From: Antedon mediterranea
Taxonomy: Eukaryota; Animalia; Echinodermata
Assembly: GCF_964355755.1 (NCBI RefSeq)
Contig: NC_092670.1
Span: 38,056,388 to 38,120,387 of the forward strand
Reading direction: 5' to 3'
Length of the DNA: 64,000 nt
The notes beneath the pieces are model-generated. The model made no database searches. It had not been told where the DNA came from and saw only the letters and a program-made list of their open reading frames with translations. This document shows positions 26,260-41,600 of this stretch, piece by piece; position 1 is the stretch's first letter, and the number at the start of each line of letters is the position of its first letter. A program made the position numbers and the translations under genes.

Positions 26260-26623
26260 TCAACTTTTTGACCAATCAGAAGCCTCAAGTCAATTAGTTT
26301 GCCAGCCTCGTTCCGTCATTGTTCTTTTTCACACTTGAACAAGTACAGATACTGCATTATTTATAATTATATATTATTGGACGAGCCTGAGCATGATTGG
26401 CTATACGCCAGGCGATCAAAACAAGACGTGCGTGCACACACGACACACGGTACTCGCGCACACGGCCGGTCGACGGACGTCGCTTTGGCTCTCTTTGCTT
26501 TGGCGAAACAGACGTCGTTTGTGAGCGAATAAAAGTGATTGTTTTGCATTAGAAACGATTGTGATCGCATTGATAGGGTTAAAAGAAGATAGATTTGTTT
26601 TAAAGTGTGTGAATAAGCTCAAC
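26260..26623 (+). promoter_or_regulatory. GLCCI1 promoter / 5'UTR region
   Basis: CpG-rich patch directly upstream of the ATG, with CCAAT boxes in both orientations (~26272, ~26396) and GACGTC/GACGTG motifs. Confidence 0.55.
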
Positions 26624-29600
26624 ATGTCATCTCAAGGGCCACAGAGACCGAGAAGGACTTCTCCATCTTGTGCTACAAAACCCCAGCCGATGCGAGCTAC
26701 GCTTCCATTTACTCTCAGGCAGGGTAGCCCAACACGTACTACTACTAGCATCAGCAATGGCAAAAGGGGCAGCCCTATTCCTTCACCAACACAGCCTTGT
26801 TGGGAATCACATCGTGTTAAGTCACGAAGATCTCCAGACCATCGAACATCACCTGAAAGAAGTCCTAGTTCACCTTGTTTCAAAGGTTAGTTGTGTACCT
26901 GGTACAATAAAGTTACTTTTAATAATATCAACAATTAATATTACTATTATTAGTAGGCCTAGGCCTAACATTAACAATCGTAAATAGCAACAATATGCTA
27001 GCTAGTATAGGCCTATAGTAAGTAGTAGAGAGAAGGCTATATAGGCCTATGTAAGCCCTAGGTAGGGGGTAGGCTAGGCCTAAATATTTGATCAGTATTG
27101 TATGTTATATATCAGTATTTCTTCAGTACAATCATACCAACCGGTCTGTTTGATGTTTTGATTTTTAACCCTACTATACGGTACAGATCTATTTGATTGT
27201 TGAGTGATTTTTGTTTTGTGTGCATTCTTTCACAGCACTCCAAACAAGTTTATTTTATCGCGATCAAAATAAGTACAATCAAGACAATCTAACATACTAT
27301 AGGATGCTGATCTGCGGAGGGTTTACTTGGGGCTGCGACACGATCAGTTCCATGTCTCTTACAGACACCACCGCGCCGCGGAGAATATCTACATACTACA
27401 GTACTGTTTTTTGCAGCGTAGTTCATAGCGTTTGGCAATGCGAGCTCGGTGTCCTGTTGTTAGATTGTGTTAATACTGTACAACTGATAACCGATTTCAA
27501 GTCCAATTGATATTATTATCACATGATGATGATGATGTAAAACTCTACACTATCAATTTTTATGTGACAAAAAAAAGTGATGTGCCCATATATGGACATG
27601 ATGATGTCATATCACTACAATATTTGGGCGCATCAAACTTGTTGTCAAACTAGTTTGATAGTGCATGTAGACAGAGCTTCTAGACTTCAAATTCAGAATT
27701 AAGTGGGGTTTCATACCAGATTCTTAATCACATGTGCAATAACTCTGCAACATGTTAAGTGCATGCTCAAGTTGGTGCCAACCTAGTTTAGACCCTGAAC
27801 ATTGGGAAATATGGGAAAATATGTTAAAAAAAATATATATTGATAGAAAAAAGTATACATCTGTTGTATTTCTTAGGGAAAAAACTGCAGCTAGTGAGAA
27901 CTGTTTTTGGTGGTCATAACTAGGTTTCATCCCCCAATTGTTGATAATGATTAATAAGAGCTAGCCTACGATATTGCTTAATCTAGGCCTACTAATGAAT
28001 TTATTAGTTGTAAATACTTGTACAATGATTATGATTACATTCTCGACATGGGTCTACTACAGTATCGCATTACATTGTGTTTTTTTTCAGAAATTTTCTA
28101 ATTTTTATCTCCACCAAACAAAAAATAAATCACTCCATTCAAATAGATAGTACCCCTAAATTGTTACGATTTGCGTCATTAACCATACAACAATGCATGC
28201 AAATTTGTCTATACTATAACTAAAATTTTCCTTGTCATTTGACTGTATCAACAACTGAACATAAATAATGGCAAAACTTGCAGTAGTTAATATACTGGTT
28301 GCAAAAAATTTAACACTAAAAGATATAGAGTAGGTAACAGTACTTTTGCTATCCTTCCATTTGGTGCTAAACTATTGGAAATAGTAATGATAGTGTTAAA
28401 AATAGTTACCGTATTCATAATTGATTAGGCTGTTGTTCTTGTTAAAGAGGACATTTGATGCAACTATTGCTGTAGATCTGATGTGTTTTTTTAGCACAGT
28501 GCCTAACAACAATCAACCTGTTAACAATTTTACCATATTGTGGGTATGAAATAAGTCACCAATGTATATTTACTGTAATTGTTAAGATAGGAATTATAGT
28601 TATAACATTAAAATGTCTTACAGTATTTGTATTTTAGTTTTCACGTTAAATATCATAGCGTAACATTTCACAATTTTAAGGTTTTTTTTTATTAAGCTTA
28701 TTTTTCCTACGTAGCACAAGAGATTTCCACCAGATATCAATTGGAAAAAAAAAAGTGAAGTTAATTATTTACTATTATTATTTTTAATGTGGTTTTTTCT
28801 TCTTATCATCGGGCCAATGTTTTTTTTTTAATCACATTCTCTCCCACTTTACAAAGAGTATGTTATTCTTATTACATTTACGGTATACATTTTATATAAG
28901 CAACAATCTTTACATTGTTTCAATCAATTGTATTTAGTGTGTATATATTTTAGACAGCTGGTCCCTTTAGTTTGGTCCCTTAGACTAGAGTTGCTGGATT
29001 AAAATGCACTAGGCGTGATGTGAGCAGAACGGTTGTTAATGTGCAATTGCCCGTGTTGTGTTACTTCCTGCCTTCTTCCACGCATCCATTCAATTTAATA
29101 TGTGTTTCACTAGGTAAATTTTACAGTATTATTTTGTAAGCCGATGACTGATTGGTTTCAGAAAGCTTTTAGATTCTGTCTTAAAAGCTGATAAAATTTG
29201 TCTTTTTTAAAAAATTCTTTGTCAATTGAGATCTACTGTACATATCATTGATTGTTGTTTGGTATTCAGTAATGTTATTAATAATAATATATGAATTATT
29301 TATAATCGAAAATAAATTACTTGTTTTTTTTTTTAAATTTAATGTAGACATTGTATTACATACCACAATGTTACTTTGCACATATGCCAAGTTCAGATAA
29401 CATTATGTACTGTAGATTCCATATGTATTAGTATACATATTTGTTTAGTTATTTTAAATTTAGTTTTTATTAAAGATTCAGTATATGCTACCCATAAACA
29501 TTTATTCTAAACATCTAATCATGGCACAGAGGGTACCATCAGATCAGTAAGCTTTCTATGGGGTCTTCTTTTCATCCACTGTAAGGGATCTGCTCGTAAA

Positions 29601-32600
29601 CAAATAATATTGATTATGCTCACCAGATACAGGGATGGTATTAAATTTTGCAGTTATAAATTTGTTTTAGTTGTGATGCATTTTTGGAACAATATACAAC
29701 ATAAATAACAACTAAAAAGAATGAAATAAGTAGATTAGTTGAAAGAAATTATTAATCCCTTTATTATTATGTTTATCTGTACCACTTTTTTTAGTTCAAA
29801 TTTATTTGTCTATCGATTATGCGATAATGGTATTTCGAAATAAATATAAAAAATAAATGAATGAAATTATTATCAGCTGTACTACAAAATTTGTGTGACA
29901 TTTCAAAACATGATGAATATGCATGCACATGAACCACCAAGTAGAAAACATACGTCAGGCAAGTTTATCCTGGAATCCAAAATAATTGATGAATATATTA
30001 AAGATAATATATTGTCTCCTGAAAATATTTTTTCCAATGTTTTTGTTGAATATGCCATTTTATTATTATTTTAAAGTCGCATAATAGTGACTTAGCAGTT
30101 TGACCAAAAATTGGATCGGAAAAAAAATATTTACCTGAAAAAAACTATTTAAAACCAAAAAATATTCAAATTGGCTGTGTGGCAGCCAATGAGTTTTTGG
30201 TTAAATTTAACTGTTTATTTGGGTATTGATAGAACCAATATTAAGTGATTTGGAGGAGGTTTGCGCAGGTTTTTTTTTTAGGTTTGTGCGATTTACACTG
30301 TGAAATCTGACATTTTACCCATAAAAGATGTTTTTCACCCAAAAAAACATGCCAACTTGTACAGCAATTCCGTTTTTTTTTTCATAAATTACCTGCTATG
30401 ATAGTCCTGGTCATGATAGAACCAATAATAAGCCATTTGGAGGAGGTTTGCGCAGGGTTTTTTTAGGTTTGCGCTTGGTTTGCGCAGTTTAGCAATACCT
30501 GTACAGTTTATTTTATCATTTTATAATTGAAAATATAATTTTTCGTGTTTTGTTTTATAAACTTTGTTAGAATTACAAAATGGCAAATTCAAAGTCTGAT
30601 TTTAAATAAGCTTCATTTTTCATGTGACCAACATCTACTAATGAATGAATGAAATATCAATTAAACACATAATTGCATTAAATGGTGTATCATTTCCTAG
30701 CCTCAAAATTGGAATTCAACCTTCATCAACAAAATGCTACCTTTCTTTCAGTTTCATTTCTAGTCACCAATAGAAAGTGCATAATAATTCAGTAGAGTTC
30801 ATAAATAAGAAATAATAATTTGCATGTGTGATTTACAAAAACAATTTTTTTTATTTTGAATTTGATATTTGATTTCAGAAAGTGTTTATATAATCTTGAT
30901 ATACTATAACTAATATTACAACAAAATCTATATTCGTTTTTTTATTATTTTTCCTGCACAACAATTTTGTAAAAGGATTTTGATTAAAACTTAATGTTAG
31001 TATTTTCAAGCATTTTTTGTGTGTGATATAGTACTGTAAAAAAGGTTGATAAGAAACAAGCCATTGAAAGGCTCTGAGGCTAATGATAAGGGTTGTTACC
31101 TCGGCACAATAGACCATTATATATACATGCCAACATTTCAAAGTGAACAAATTGTAGGACCAGTCTAGTATAAGTACTGTATAATAACTTGGCCCACTTT
31201 TCCTAATTGATCACAAACTATTAATTGTTTTTAAAAATACATAATTATTACACTTTTCATAATTGGTTGCACAATATTCATTGTTTAAAAAAAATATGTT
31301 ACGGGCATTACAGTACACTGTTAAATAATATACAGCAGTAGCTACAGGTAGTTTCCATACAGTAGTGCAGTGCAGACTGACTGTGGTTAACATCCGATAT
31401 TGTTACATAAAAGATGTCCTTGCAAACTGGTGGTACTGTATATTGAGGTGGGAAATACATACAATTTTTGTAGGAAGTATCACTAATTGGGTTAAAATTA
31501 AAATGATGTGGCTTCCCACCCAGGGCACAAAAGACACTGTTAAATGATATTCTCTGGCCCTGTAGAATAGTAAAGCTCTGTCTATACTATCAAACTTTAT
31601 GTGACAAAAAAATGTGATGTTCAAATTATGGTAGTGATTTGATTAAATATGGTAGTGACTGATATGACATCATCATGTCCATATATGGGCACATTTTTGT
31701 CACATAAAGTTTGATAGTGTCGACAGAGCTTTATTATGTGTCCATGATTTCTCACCTTGAATTTGAACTCTCTATGTTTACCAGATTACCAGTGAAGGCC
31801 TTTCACCTGAACTTAAACCTGTACTTCCTAGGAGAGATTTTGCAGTGAGTTTTATTATCCCTTCGAGTACCATAACTTTTTGTACTTATCTGTATGAATC
31901 TATAATTATGAGTTCATCTTTGGCACACCAGGTGTTACAGCTTAACATGGCCTATCACAAAACTAAAAAGGGTCTACTACTATAGGCCTACAGTAGGCCC
32001 TATAGTGGCATATATAGCGTAGGAAATTTTGATTTATCATGGATGATGGTAAACCTAAAAACATACTAAGAATAATTTTTGCTGCAGTAGTACAGTTTTT
32101 AGTGGCTACTGTAGTTGGCTTAAAAAATTTAATCATAAAAGAATTGTGGGAACTATCTGTGTTTATACCATCATAGGCACTAGTGGGCTTAATTACCCAT
32201 TAGCCTATCAAGAGATACACCCACACAGTAATAGCTAGCAAGGGGTACAGTAGTTCTGTATTATCATTTACCTCTATCATTAATCAATCTCAATGGCTCT
32301 ATTTTTATTTAGCACTATTTATTGTATGGCTTTAATATCATCTTTGATGTTATTGTTAGCATAGTGTGTTTATATTGTATAGACTGTCTCCCTGTGCAGT
32401 AAAAGAAAGTAATGTTTACCTGAATTAAGATGAATTTCAAATTTTATTAATTTGTTTTTTTTGTTTTACCTGATTCTCTGGCTGAATTTCAGTCAATGAT
32501 TTTGGCATGACTTCTCAAGGTCAGCCCCGGAGAATTTTACACACTTCATTATAATAGCACACACTTGTTTACAGAGTCATTCATCAAACTTCTACAACTC

Positions 32601-35600
32601 TGACCTAGGGATCATCTCAAATATTCCTATTCCTACTAAAACAGAATTTAGTTCTTTTGGGATACACTATTGTGTATAATATAATAAGTCCATGACTTTA
32701 ATTAAACCTTAATGATTAGAAAACCATGGTCAAAAATTTAAAACCAAAATGATTGTTTTAAAAATAAGTTGATTAATATTTTTATAAATTTTAATCTATT
32801 TTTCTTTGTTCAGATTGTGCTGTGCTGTGCTATAATTAGGTGTCATCGTCCAATGGGGAGTTTCCTCACTGGGCTGAGTAATGTAACAACTGGTGTTGTT
32901 TTAAATAGGAAAATAGTACAAAAAAGTTATGATAGAATGCGTTCTGTTGTTTAATGAAAATATAACTAAAAAGAACAGACATTTGAGAAAATCACACAGT
33001 ATTGTTCAGCAGCTGCTGTACTACATCATTGCATCATTTTAGTGACATGACTACTAGTTGTAATATACTAGTGCATGTTGAAATTATAAGCAAAAAATGA
33101 GTGCCTTTTAACACATTCTTATTGAGGCCCTTAGAATCATCATACACTCTGAGATATGATTAACAAAAACAATATGAAAACATGCCTGCTGAGAACTGAA
33201 TCTATTAGATACATGGGCACTTATTTATAATAAATTAGGCTTTATATGACAATCGTATTGTACAATTTCTCCATGTGCTTAAACAGTAAAATGCCAACCA
33301 TCAAGTAGTGAGTTTCAATTTAATTTGCAGATGGATAGAGGCAAAAAATAACATAACATAATTTAAAGCACAAAAATGTGACTCAAGCAAACGTAACAAG
33401 GACTGCAAGATTATTATGTGAAGCTCTGTCTACACTATCAAATTTTATGATACAAAAAAAATGTGATGTGCCCATATATGGACATGATGATGTCATATCA
33501 CCATATATGGGCCTATCACTACAATATTTGGGCATATCACTACCATATTTGGGCATATCACTACCATATTTGGGCACATCACACTTTTTGATAGTGTAGA
33601 CAGAACTTTAAAAATCATTCAGTTTTGCAGCTGCAAATGACACCAAACATTTTGTGTGCACTTGGCACAAAATGAAGAAAAATTACCCTCTGTATGAATA
33701 GTTTGTTCTCTGGGAATTCTATTGAAATGTTGAAGTTGTTTTGTTTCAGTGCAGATGGTCTATTGCCTTTGTGTGTTTTGTAAAATCACTCTTGCATGTC
33801 AAGTTTAATCTAGGTTAATTTTATAATGTAGGAATACTAAGTTCAAATGCAAAGCGGGAAATAATTGTGATAATATATTTCCACGTATTGCTGTAATATA
33901 GTAGAGATACATAATTTAGATTAGAAAATAACTGCTATGTAGCACTAGAAAATTATTAAACATTTATGTCGGTTTTGCAGTCAACATTGAGTTGTGGTGA
34001 ATTGAACGATTTTACAGAAATGGATTTTTATTTCAAAATAATGTAAATAATATTAATAAAGTGCAAGTTAAAATTAATAAAAATACAAAAACAATTTAAA
34101 TTTTTGTCCTTGGTGTAAGTAAGCCTACAGTAGATTAAGAAATCAGCATAATACGTGCCCTGGGCCAGGTTGCATCAAGAACATGCGACTTTTCCATGTT
34201 TCCGCCCTTCAGTTAGCAACACTACCGTGTGAACAACGCTCGATAGAACAAACAAAAAAAAACGTCGCGTAAAAATGTATAAATATTAGTGGTATCAGTA
34301 TTTTACAACTTTAACAATTTCGACAATTTAACACAACTCGCTTTAACGTTACGTCGACTGGAAAACAGGTTTTATGTACATTTCCATTCCAAATATGGTT
34401 TCAATTCCTTGTACCTCTGCTATATTTCCACCCCCACTGTATGTTTCTCCTCTACCAAGACGGGTAAAGATAGGCCTACTTTATTATTCATAATTATTAT
34501 TTATGGCAAATTAACACTTGTTTTTCAAAAAGGAAATAAAGTAACTGCAAACATTCTCAACCATATTTTTACTTCCTTTTGGAAACACACTGTGTACCGC
34601 AAACCTACAGTACTGTACAAGAAATACCGATGATACTACAGTATTCTAATTTAACATTTTACCTAGTATAACATAAGTGTTCCAACTTGAACTTTGTGAA
34701 TTGGCTACTTCAAAAACAACTTTCGATATTACTGTACATTAGCTATAAGATTCAAGATTCAAGAAATTTTATTAGTCCACTTAATATTAGGATAACACAC
34801 AGGCTTCTCAGATAGTTTTTGTAACAGTTGCTAGGAACTTAATTAAGATGTTGTAGAGTATAAACAGTTGTTTAGTGAAATCGCCATATGGGTTTGTAAA
34901 TTTACTGGATATTTCTCACATGAACAATTATGGCTCGAAATAGCACTAGCCTAGAAGTAGCGGCCTACAATGTAAATAAAAAGTATTAACAAAAAACTAT
35001 AATATGGGCTATTAAATATAGTTAGTTAATTTTATTTTGGGCTGTAAAAAATGATGTGTGGTGTGGCCGTGTCTTCCAAGTTAATGGTAGAGTTTCAGTT
35101 TCCAATTTGTTGTGGCTTGGAAAGCTTATTGTACTGTACTCTGTATCTGGTGATCTTTTTCCATTTTTGGCAGCATTTAAAAAATGAATGATATGATGAT
35201 ATATCATTGTCATCCATAGAAAGAGTACAGTAAAATGGTTTAGTGATCTTTTGAGTTGTTTTGAGGTCTTTTATTATATTACCGTACTATATATTGGTTT
35301 CATCTTTAGCTTGCTACAGTTAGCTTCAGATTATATTTCAACCGATCACAAATGAAATTTAGTTAACTTATCTTTAGTTAGGAGCCTGTAATTTTGACCA
35401 GATACTGTAAAACCAAATACAAAATCACTTCCATGCGGGGTGTAAAATATGTATGTAATCGCAAAGATCAACTCTCATGCAAAGTCAATCTGCAGACAAA
35501 TTAAGACAAATATTAGCGAGTCTAGGCCCGGTTTGCTTCCATCTGTTATGTACCATAAATGCCAATTTAAACTAGTAGGAATGATTAATATGAAATGTGA

Positions 35601-38600
35601 ACGAGACCTGGGTATATGGCTCCATATCTCCACATGAGACTACTATATTAATGCTCATAGTGAGTTAATAATATGACCAACAGATTGCTGGCATACAATA
35701 CTAGTATGTATCAGTGCTAGAATAGCTAATGGAACAAGGCCATATACATGGCTGCAGTCGCGTGCTCAAGTTAGTGTTTACTGACCGACGTAGTGAGCTG
35801 TAGAGTCTTTTTTACATAGAAATAATCAATTCTTTCCTCAATTCGTTCCATCCAGAATTCATAGACCATGTTTCTGCTGCCAAAAATATACTGTGCTGTA
35901 CTGTATAAATACATGTGCAGCAGAAACAGGTACATGTAATAAGACTTTTCAATTAAACATGTATGGTCATAAAATAACAAATTAAATGGTCAAATTCAAC
36001 CAAAAACAACACATAGACTGGCAGCTAATTTGACTTTTTTTTCAGGTAAATACAGTTTATTGTGTGACATTAAAATAATATGGCATATTCAACAACAAAA
36101 ATGTTAATTATTTTTCAGGGGGACAATATATCTTTAAAGTTTAAATCTAATTCTAAATTAAGAGTTGAAGACAACATAGAGATATTATAACTTACTATAA
36201 TATCTCTATGGAGAAAACAACCAACATTTCACTGTATGTAGTAAAATTATTTTGCAGACTAAATTTACATTATTATAATGACATTTTATTACTCATTTTA
36301 TGGCAATTTTCTTGTCTGTAGTTTTAATACACAGGTACCAGTAATGTCATCAACGTACAGTCTACTCTACTTTTAAATCCACATTGGATTGATTATTAAG
36401 ACGCTTAATTAACAATTTTTCTCTTTTCTATGTTGCTCATACTAGGTATCCCAATGAAAAAATTCAGATTAATTTTTTTACATTTTCTTTCAGTTAACCA
36501 TAAAGAACTTAATGTAATTAGCATTTTGCAATTTAAATGATTGAAATCCGATTACCCGTTCTAAAGTTATGGTTATTTAAAGTGGTAAAAAAATATACGA
36601 TTTTTTGCCTAAAAATGGTGTTTTTTGCAGTTGAAATTGGAAGCATTTTTAAAAGGTTATAACTTTTACAATAATTAGTTAAAAGTTTTGAATTTTGTTA
36701 AACCTATAGATATCACAGAGTTGTACAACTCTATTTTTTTTGGAGCCTCAACGAAACCTATTTTTTAAATTATTGGTCCGCAAAGTGGTAGGAAAGCATT
36801 TAACGCCCATTTTTGCTGGAATTCCCTAAAAAATGAAAAAACTGCAATTTTTCAATGATCTGTAACTTTTGAACTACTGTACTAATTCATTTAATTTTTT
36901 TTGTACTTGTTAGAATGTAGTGTATATTTCATTAATAAATATATTTTAGATGTGTATATGAAAAAAAAAATTTTTTTTAATGGTGAAATTTAAAATTATA
37001 AAAAAAAAATGAAAAAGTATGTTAAAAACGGTGTGTACTGTTTCCTTTCTTTTACACTAATTTTCGGTAAGTATAATTATTAGAATATTTTAATATACTT
37101 TATATTTATAATTTCAATCATAAATACTATTATATATAACTTTTGAATACGTAAAACAAGATTTTAGGCCCATATGATTATGACACCAAATCTAAGCCGG
37201 GCTGCTAAGTAAGATATGCTCTTTTAAGGCAAACGCACAATATGGGTCAAAATAAACTCATTTAAAATAATCAATGTTAATTAAAACAATTAATTGTTTA
37301 CCTGAATAGTATATACAACATTATAAAAATTGTTTTCTTTTCGTATTATTACGTTATTAAATTGAAATACGGAGCTAAAGTTTAGGCCAAGTCACGGCTT
37401 ACTCGCGATCAGTAGTCGCTCCCGTTAAAGTATTTCGGTCGCAGTTAATGACTTTCGGTCGCCGTATACAGAGTCAAATGTAACGTTGGTAAATTAGCTT
37501 AATAAATTTCCTCGGTACATTTTAACCTAACGCATTTGCATTGTATACTTGCATAATAAATCTTCCGCACATTACATCAATTTTAAGTTGTTAAATTAAT
37601 GTGTAAAACCAGATATTCTACGACGGAAAAGGACATGTCAATCTCCGACATCGCTGCTGTCACACATCTCGCGTCGAGCCGGTCGAACTCGAGCGAGGAA
37701 AACTAAATAACGTGTTCAAAATATGGAACGTACCATTCGCTGATAGGGTGCATTAATGTATTTAACGGAAAACGCCACAACAAACACGCGCGTATTTTAG
37801 AGTACAATATTTTACTCACTACAATATTCACCGGATTATAATGGTTGGATCTTTAAAATTTTGAACGGGATTTACGCCTCATGCACCATTTTAAAATGTA
37901 GTTCGCACAATTACCATGCACAATACGTTTGTAAACTATGTTTTATCGATTTCAATGTAGATTTAGCTATAATTTAATACCAAAATCCATAATATTTTTC
38001 CATAAACGGTGAATCAAAATTGGATTTTTGTCACAAAAATTGACTTTTCGTTACGAAAAACCTATTTATAGAAGACGATTTTCGTATCAAATTAAAGCTT
38101 ATTTAAAGCCTGATAACATACAACAAAAATTAATCCGCTAGCTCCAATGGTAATCGTGCGATCGTGTTTTGAAAACTGATGGGGATTTTCCGATGAGGTT
38201 TTCAACGCGCGGAAATCGGCTCGACGGGATTTTAGAACCGTTTTAAAATCGCATTTTCTCGGCAACTAATTCATTAATTTTAATTATAAACACACTTATA
38301 CATAGATTAAAACAAGTACTTTCAAACAATATAAATTTTGTAAGTATTAATTAAGATTGAATACGATTTATTTAACATCAAAGTCATACTACTTTTTCGA
38401 ATTTCGTCAATATTTCAAAAGTGATACCCCTCTGTGCGCTTTCATTGGGATACCTACTCATACGCACTAATTCTTATCGTAAGAATTCACAGATTTCAGA
38501 AACAGCAGGTTAAATATACTTTTCAAAACATTATTTGACCTTGTGTGTTTGAATATTTCCATAAAAGGTCATACACTATTACACATTAATGTCACTGGTT

Positions 38601-41600
38601 TAAGAATACTAAAAGAAAAATATGATGGTTTACTGTATACTGTATTAGTTTTGGGATGTGGGTTATTTGAGGAAGGGGAAGAAGATGGACGTAAAATACT
38701 GATGTTCTAATAAAAAGAACTTAACCAAAACTTTCACATATGTTCGATAGGATACAACAACAAAATAGGCCTTTAAAATTATTTTAAAAAATTATTTAAA
38801 CACTGAGAACAAACAAATACTATTAAGTATTATGTACTGTGTTTTCAGTAGAATATTGTACAGTAATATTTTTCAAAAAAGCTGTATTACTGCAGTACTG
38901 TACGATTTACATGGTAAGTATCAATAAAAATCTGCAACAGAAACACAACTGAATTTCAATATACAGTAATTAGCTTGAAATGGTTGTCACAAAGCAATAT
39001 GCCCTTTTTGTTTATGCTACACATTTACAGTAGGCTAGGCTAGGGTATTCAAATAATCAGTTTGCTATAAAAACAGCATTGATGAGTTGCACCTTTTATT
39101 GAAATTGCGCAGTTTAAATAGCTAACACAACAGAAATCGGATGATGCAGCCTCAATATACTGAGAATTGTATTTCATCAATAATTAGCCTTAATTATGAA
39201 CGGCATGTTCAGGGAACATTTTCGCCAGTGTAGCATAGCAAAAACTATACAAAACAACCTTATTGCTATACATTTCTAAAATTGTGTAGCAAAAAATACA
39301 ATACAAAACTATGTTTCTCGACTAAAAAACAGTTTGATTAGCAATATTGCTAACAAAATTTTTTAATGAAATTTTTCCCTGCATGTTGGCTTTATGTACA
39401 ATGAACGACTCTGGCCAGTACATATCAATTGCCATTTAGGCTATATGGTAGAATTTTATTGGATGAGATGTATGGAAATGGTAAACCTTTTTTTTCCTTG
39501 ACTAACTCGTTTCGTAGAAAAATGTGCGCTCTGTGCTCATCTTCATCATTCACGCTCGATCTACTGTAAGGGAAACACATTGTACTCTTAAAATAATAAA
39601 AAAATTAATAATAATTTTTGTCAAACTAGTTTGATAGTGTAAACAGAGCTTTAAATGAACATGTTTGTATTTCTAGGTAAATTATACTCTATGAATATCA
39701 CTGCAATCAAGTTTCCAAGGATACTAAATAAGATGGGTTTTAATAAAGGAAGATAAATTGGACAATATAATGTATTAATAGCAAGCATACAATAAATTAT
39801 AATTTTATATTATTAAGGCAAAGGCCATAAATTACTGTACTGTTCTTTAATATTGTGTAATTATTGGTTTATCTAAATTATTGTGAAGTACAAAGATGTA
39901 ATCAGGGAAAATTTTCATTTAAAAATTTTGTTTAGCAATATTGCTAATCAAACTGATTTTTAAGTCGAGAAACATAGTTTTGTATTGTATTTTTTGCTAC
40001 ACAATTTTCAAAATGTGTAGCAATAAGGTTGTTTTGTATAGCTTTTTGCTACGCTACACTGGCGAAAATGTTCCCTGGTAATAATATAATACTTTAATAG
40101 CTTTATCAAATTAAAAAATCAATAGCTTATAACGTGTTAACTTTACAAAAACTGTATGTATTTAAAAAAATTCTGTTTAGATTTAATTGTTCATATTTAT
40201 TTTGCTATTTTGAGGAGTCTCTGCTGTTTGGCATCACTTGCTGAACAGTAGTTTGTCACTCTAGTAATTAGTAGTAGTTTAATAGCTCTATTATTACTAT
40301 ACTACTGAAAATCACGACTAAAAATAAAATACTTTTAAAATGTTAGCACCCTTACAAACAAACATAATGTTTATCATAATTTAAATATGAAATGGCATTA
40401 AAACCGATGACAAGGTCTTTTAATAAGTAAAATGCATGCCAGCCCTAGGCTATAGGATTCTGACTCAATTTCAGCTCTTGCTGCTGCTATTCTGGGCTTA
40501 TTTGTGCAGCTTTTGGTACTACTACTACCAGCCTAACTTTGGTCAAATAGATCAGGTCACATCACACTATGTGTTGCTTGCTTGGGATATATTTCATCAA
40601 ACTATAAATCTGAAATGCATCTTAATTATATATTGACATTTAAAATTTAAAACACCATGACTTGCCTTTTAAATTATCATTACATTACAGCAATGGCACT
40701 ATTGCTGTATTTATTATTTTTATTATTATTATTATTATATCAATATTTATAAAGCGTCCGAGGTACAAAATCAAAGGCGCTGGGCATGTTAGTGGTCGAA
40801 AAATGAGTTTTGAGCAATTTTTAAAATATGTGTCAACAGAAGAGCAGTGTTTAATTTGTGGGGGGAATGAATTCCAGAGTGTGGGTGCTGCAAAAGAAAA
40901 CGATCTATGACCAAGTTAACATTAAATGGGAACAAAAAACGCAAAAGATACAATTAACCTAACCAAATATGAACATTTGAGTGGAAGAGAAAATGATTTT
41001 TTGTAGAGCAATTTTCAGTATCAACTTCACCGTGTGTTACAAAAAAATACCATGAAAAACCGCAAAAGATCACTACGGTATACCATTTTACTACAGTATT
41101 TAATAGTAATACTCTTTCTATGGATGATAATGATATCATTATACAACCAAATATGAACAACCACCAAATTTGAAACCAAGTTTATTTTTAGTGTATAAAG
41201 CTGCAAGGCCGACCTTCGTTTATAAACAACTACCGAAACGTTTTCAATCATTTCTTGGAGTTTTTCTTTAGCCATGTCTTCGTACATGTACATAATCCTA
41301 CCCGCCTACTTCAGTATACCGGTAATCACATCCATGGTCTGATAATGTTTTTATGGTCTGTTCTGTACAGGTCAAACAAAATTTATGGATTGCTTGAAAG
41401 GCGATAATAAGATCAATAAAATGAAAGTATAAACTAAAGATCCTGTTGAGTTTATATAGTATTAAAACTTTAAAACCTGCCACTTATCATTCTATGGTAA
41501 ACTGGCGTTGATTTATGATGTCCAGATGTATGTTTATTTATGTGGTGTTTTGGTTGAACAATTGTAATATAATAATAATTGTAAAGCTCTGTCTACTATT

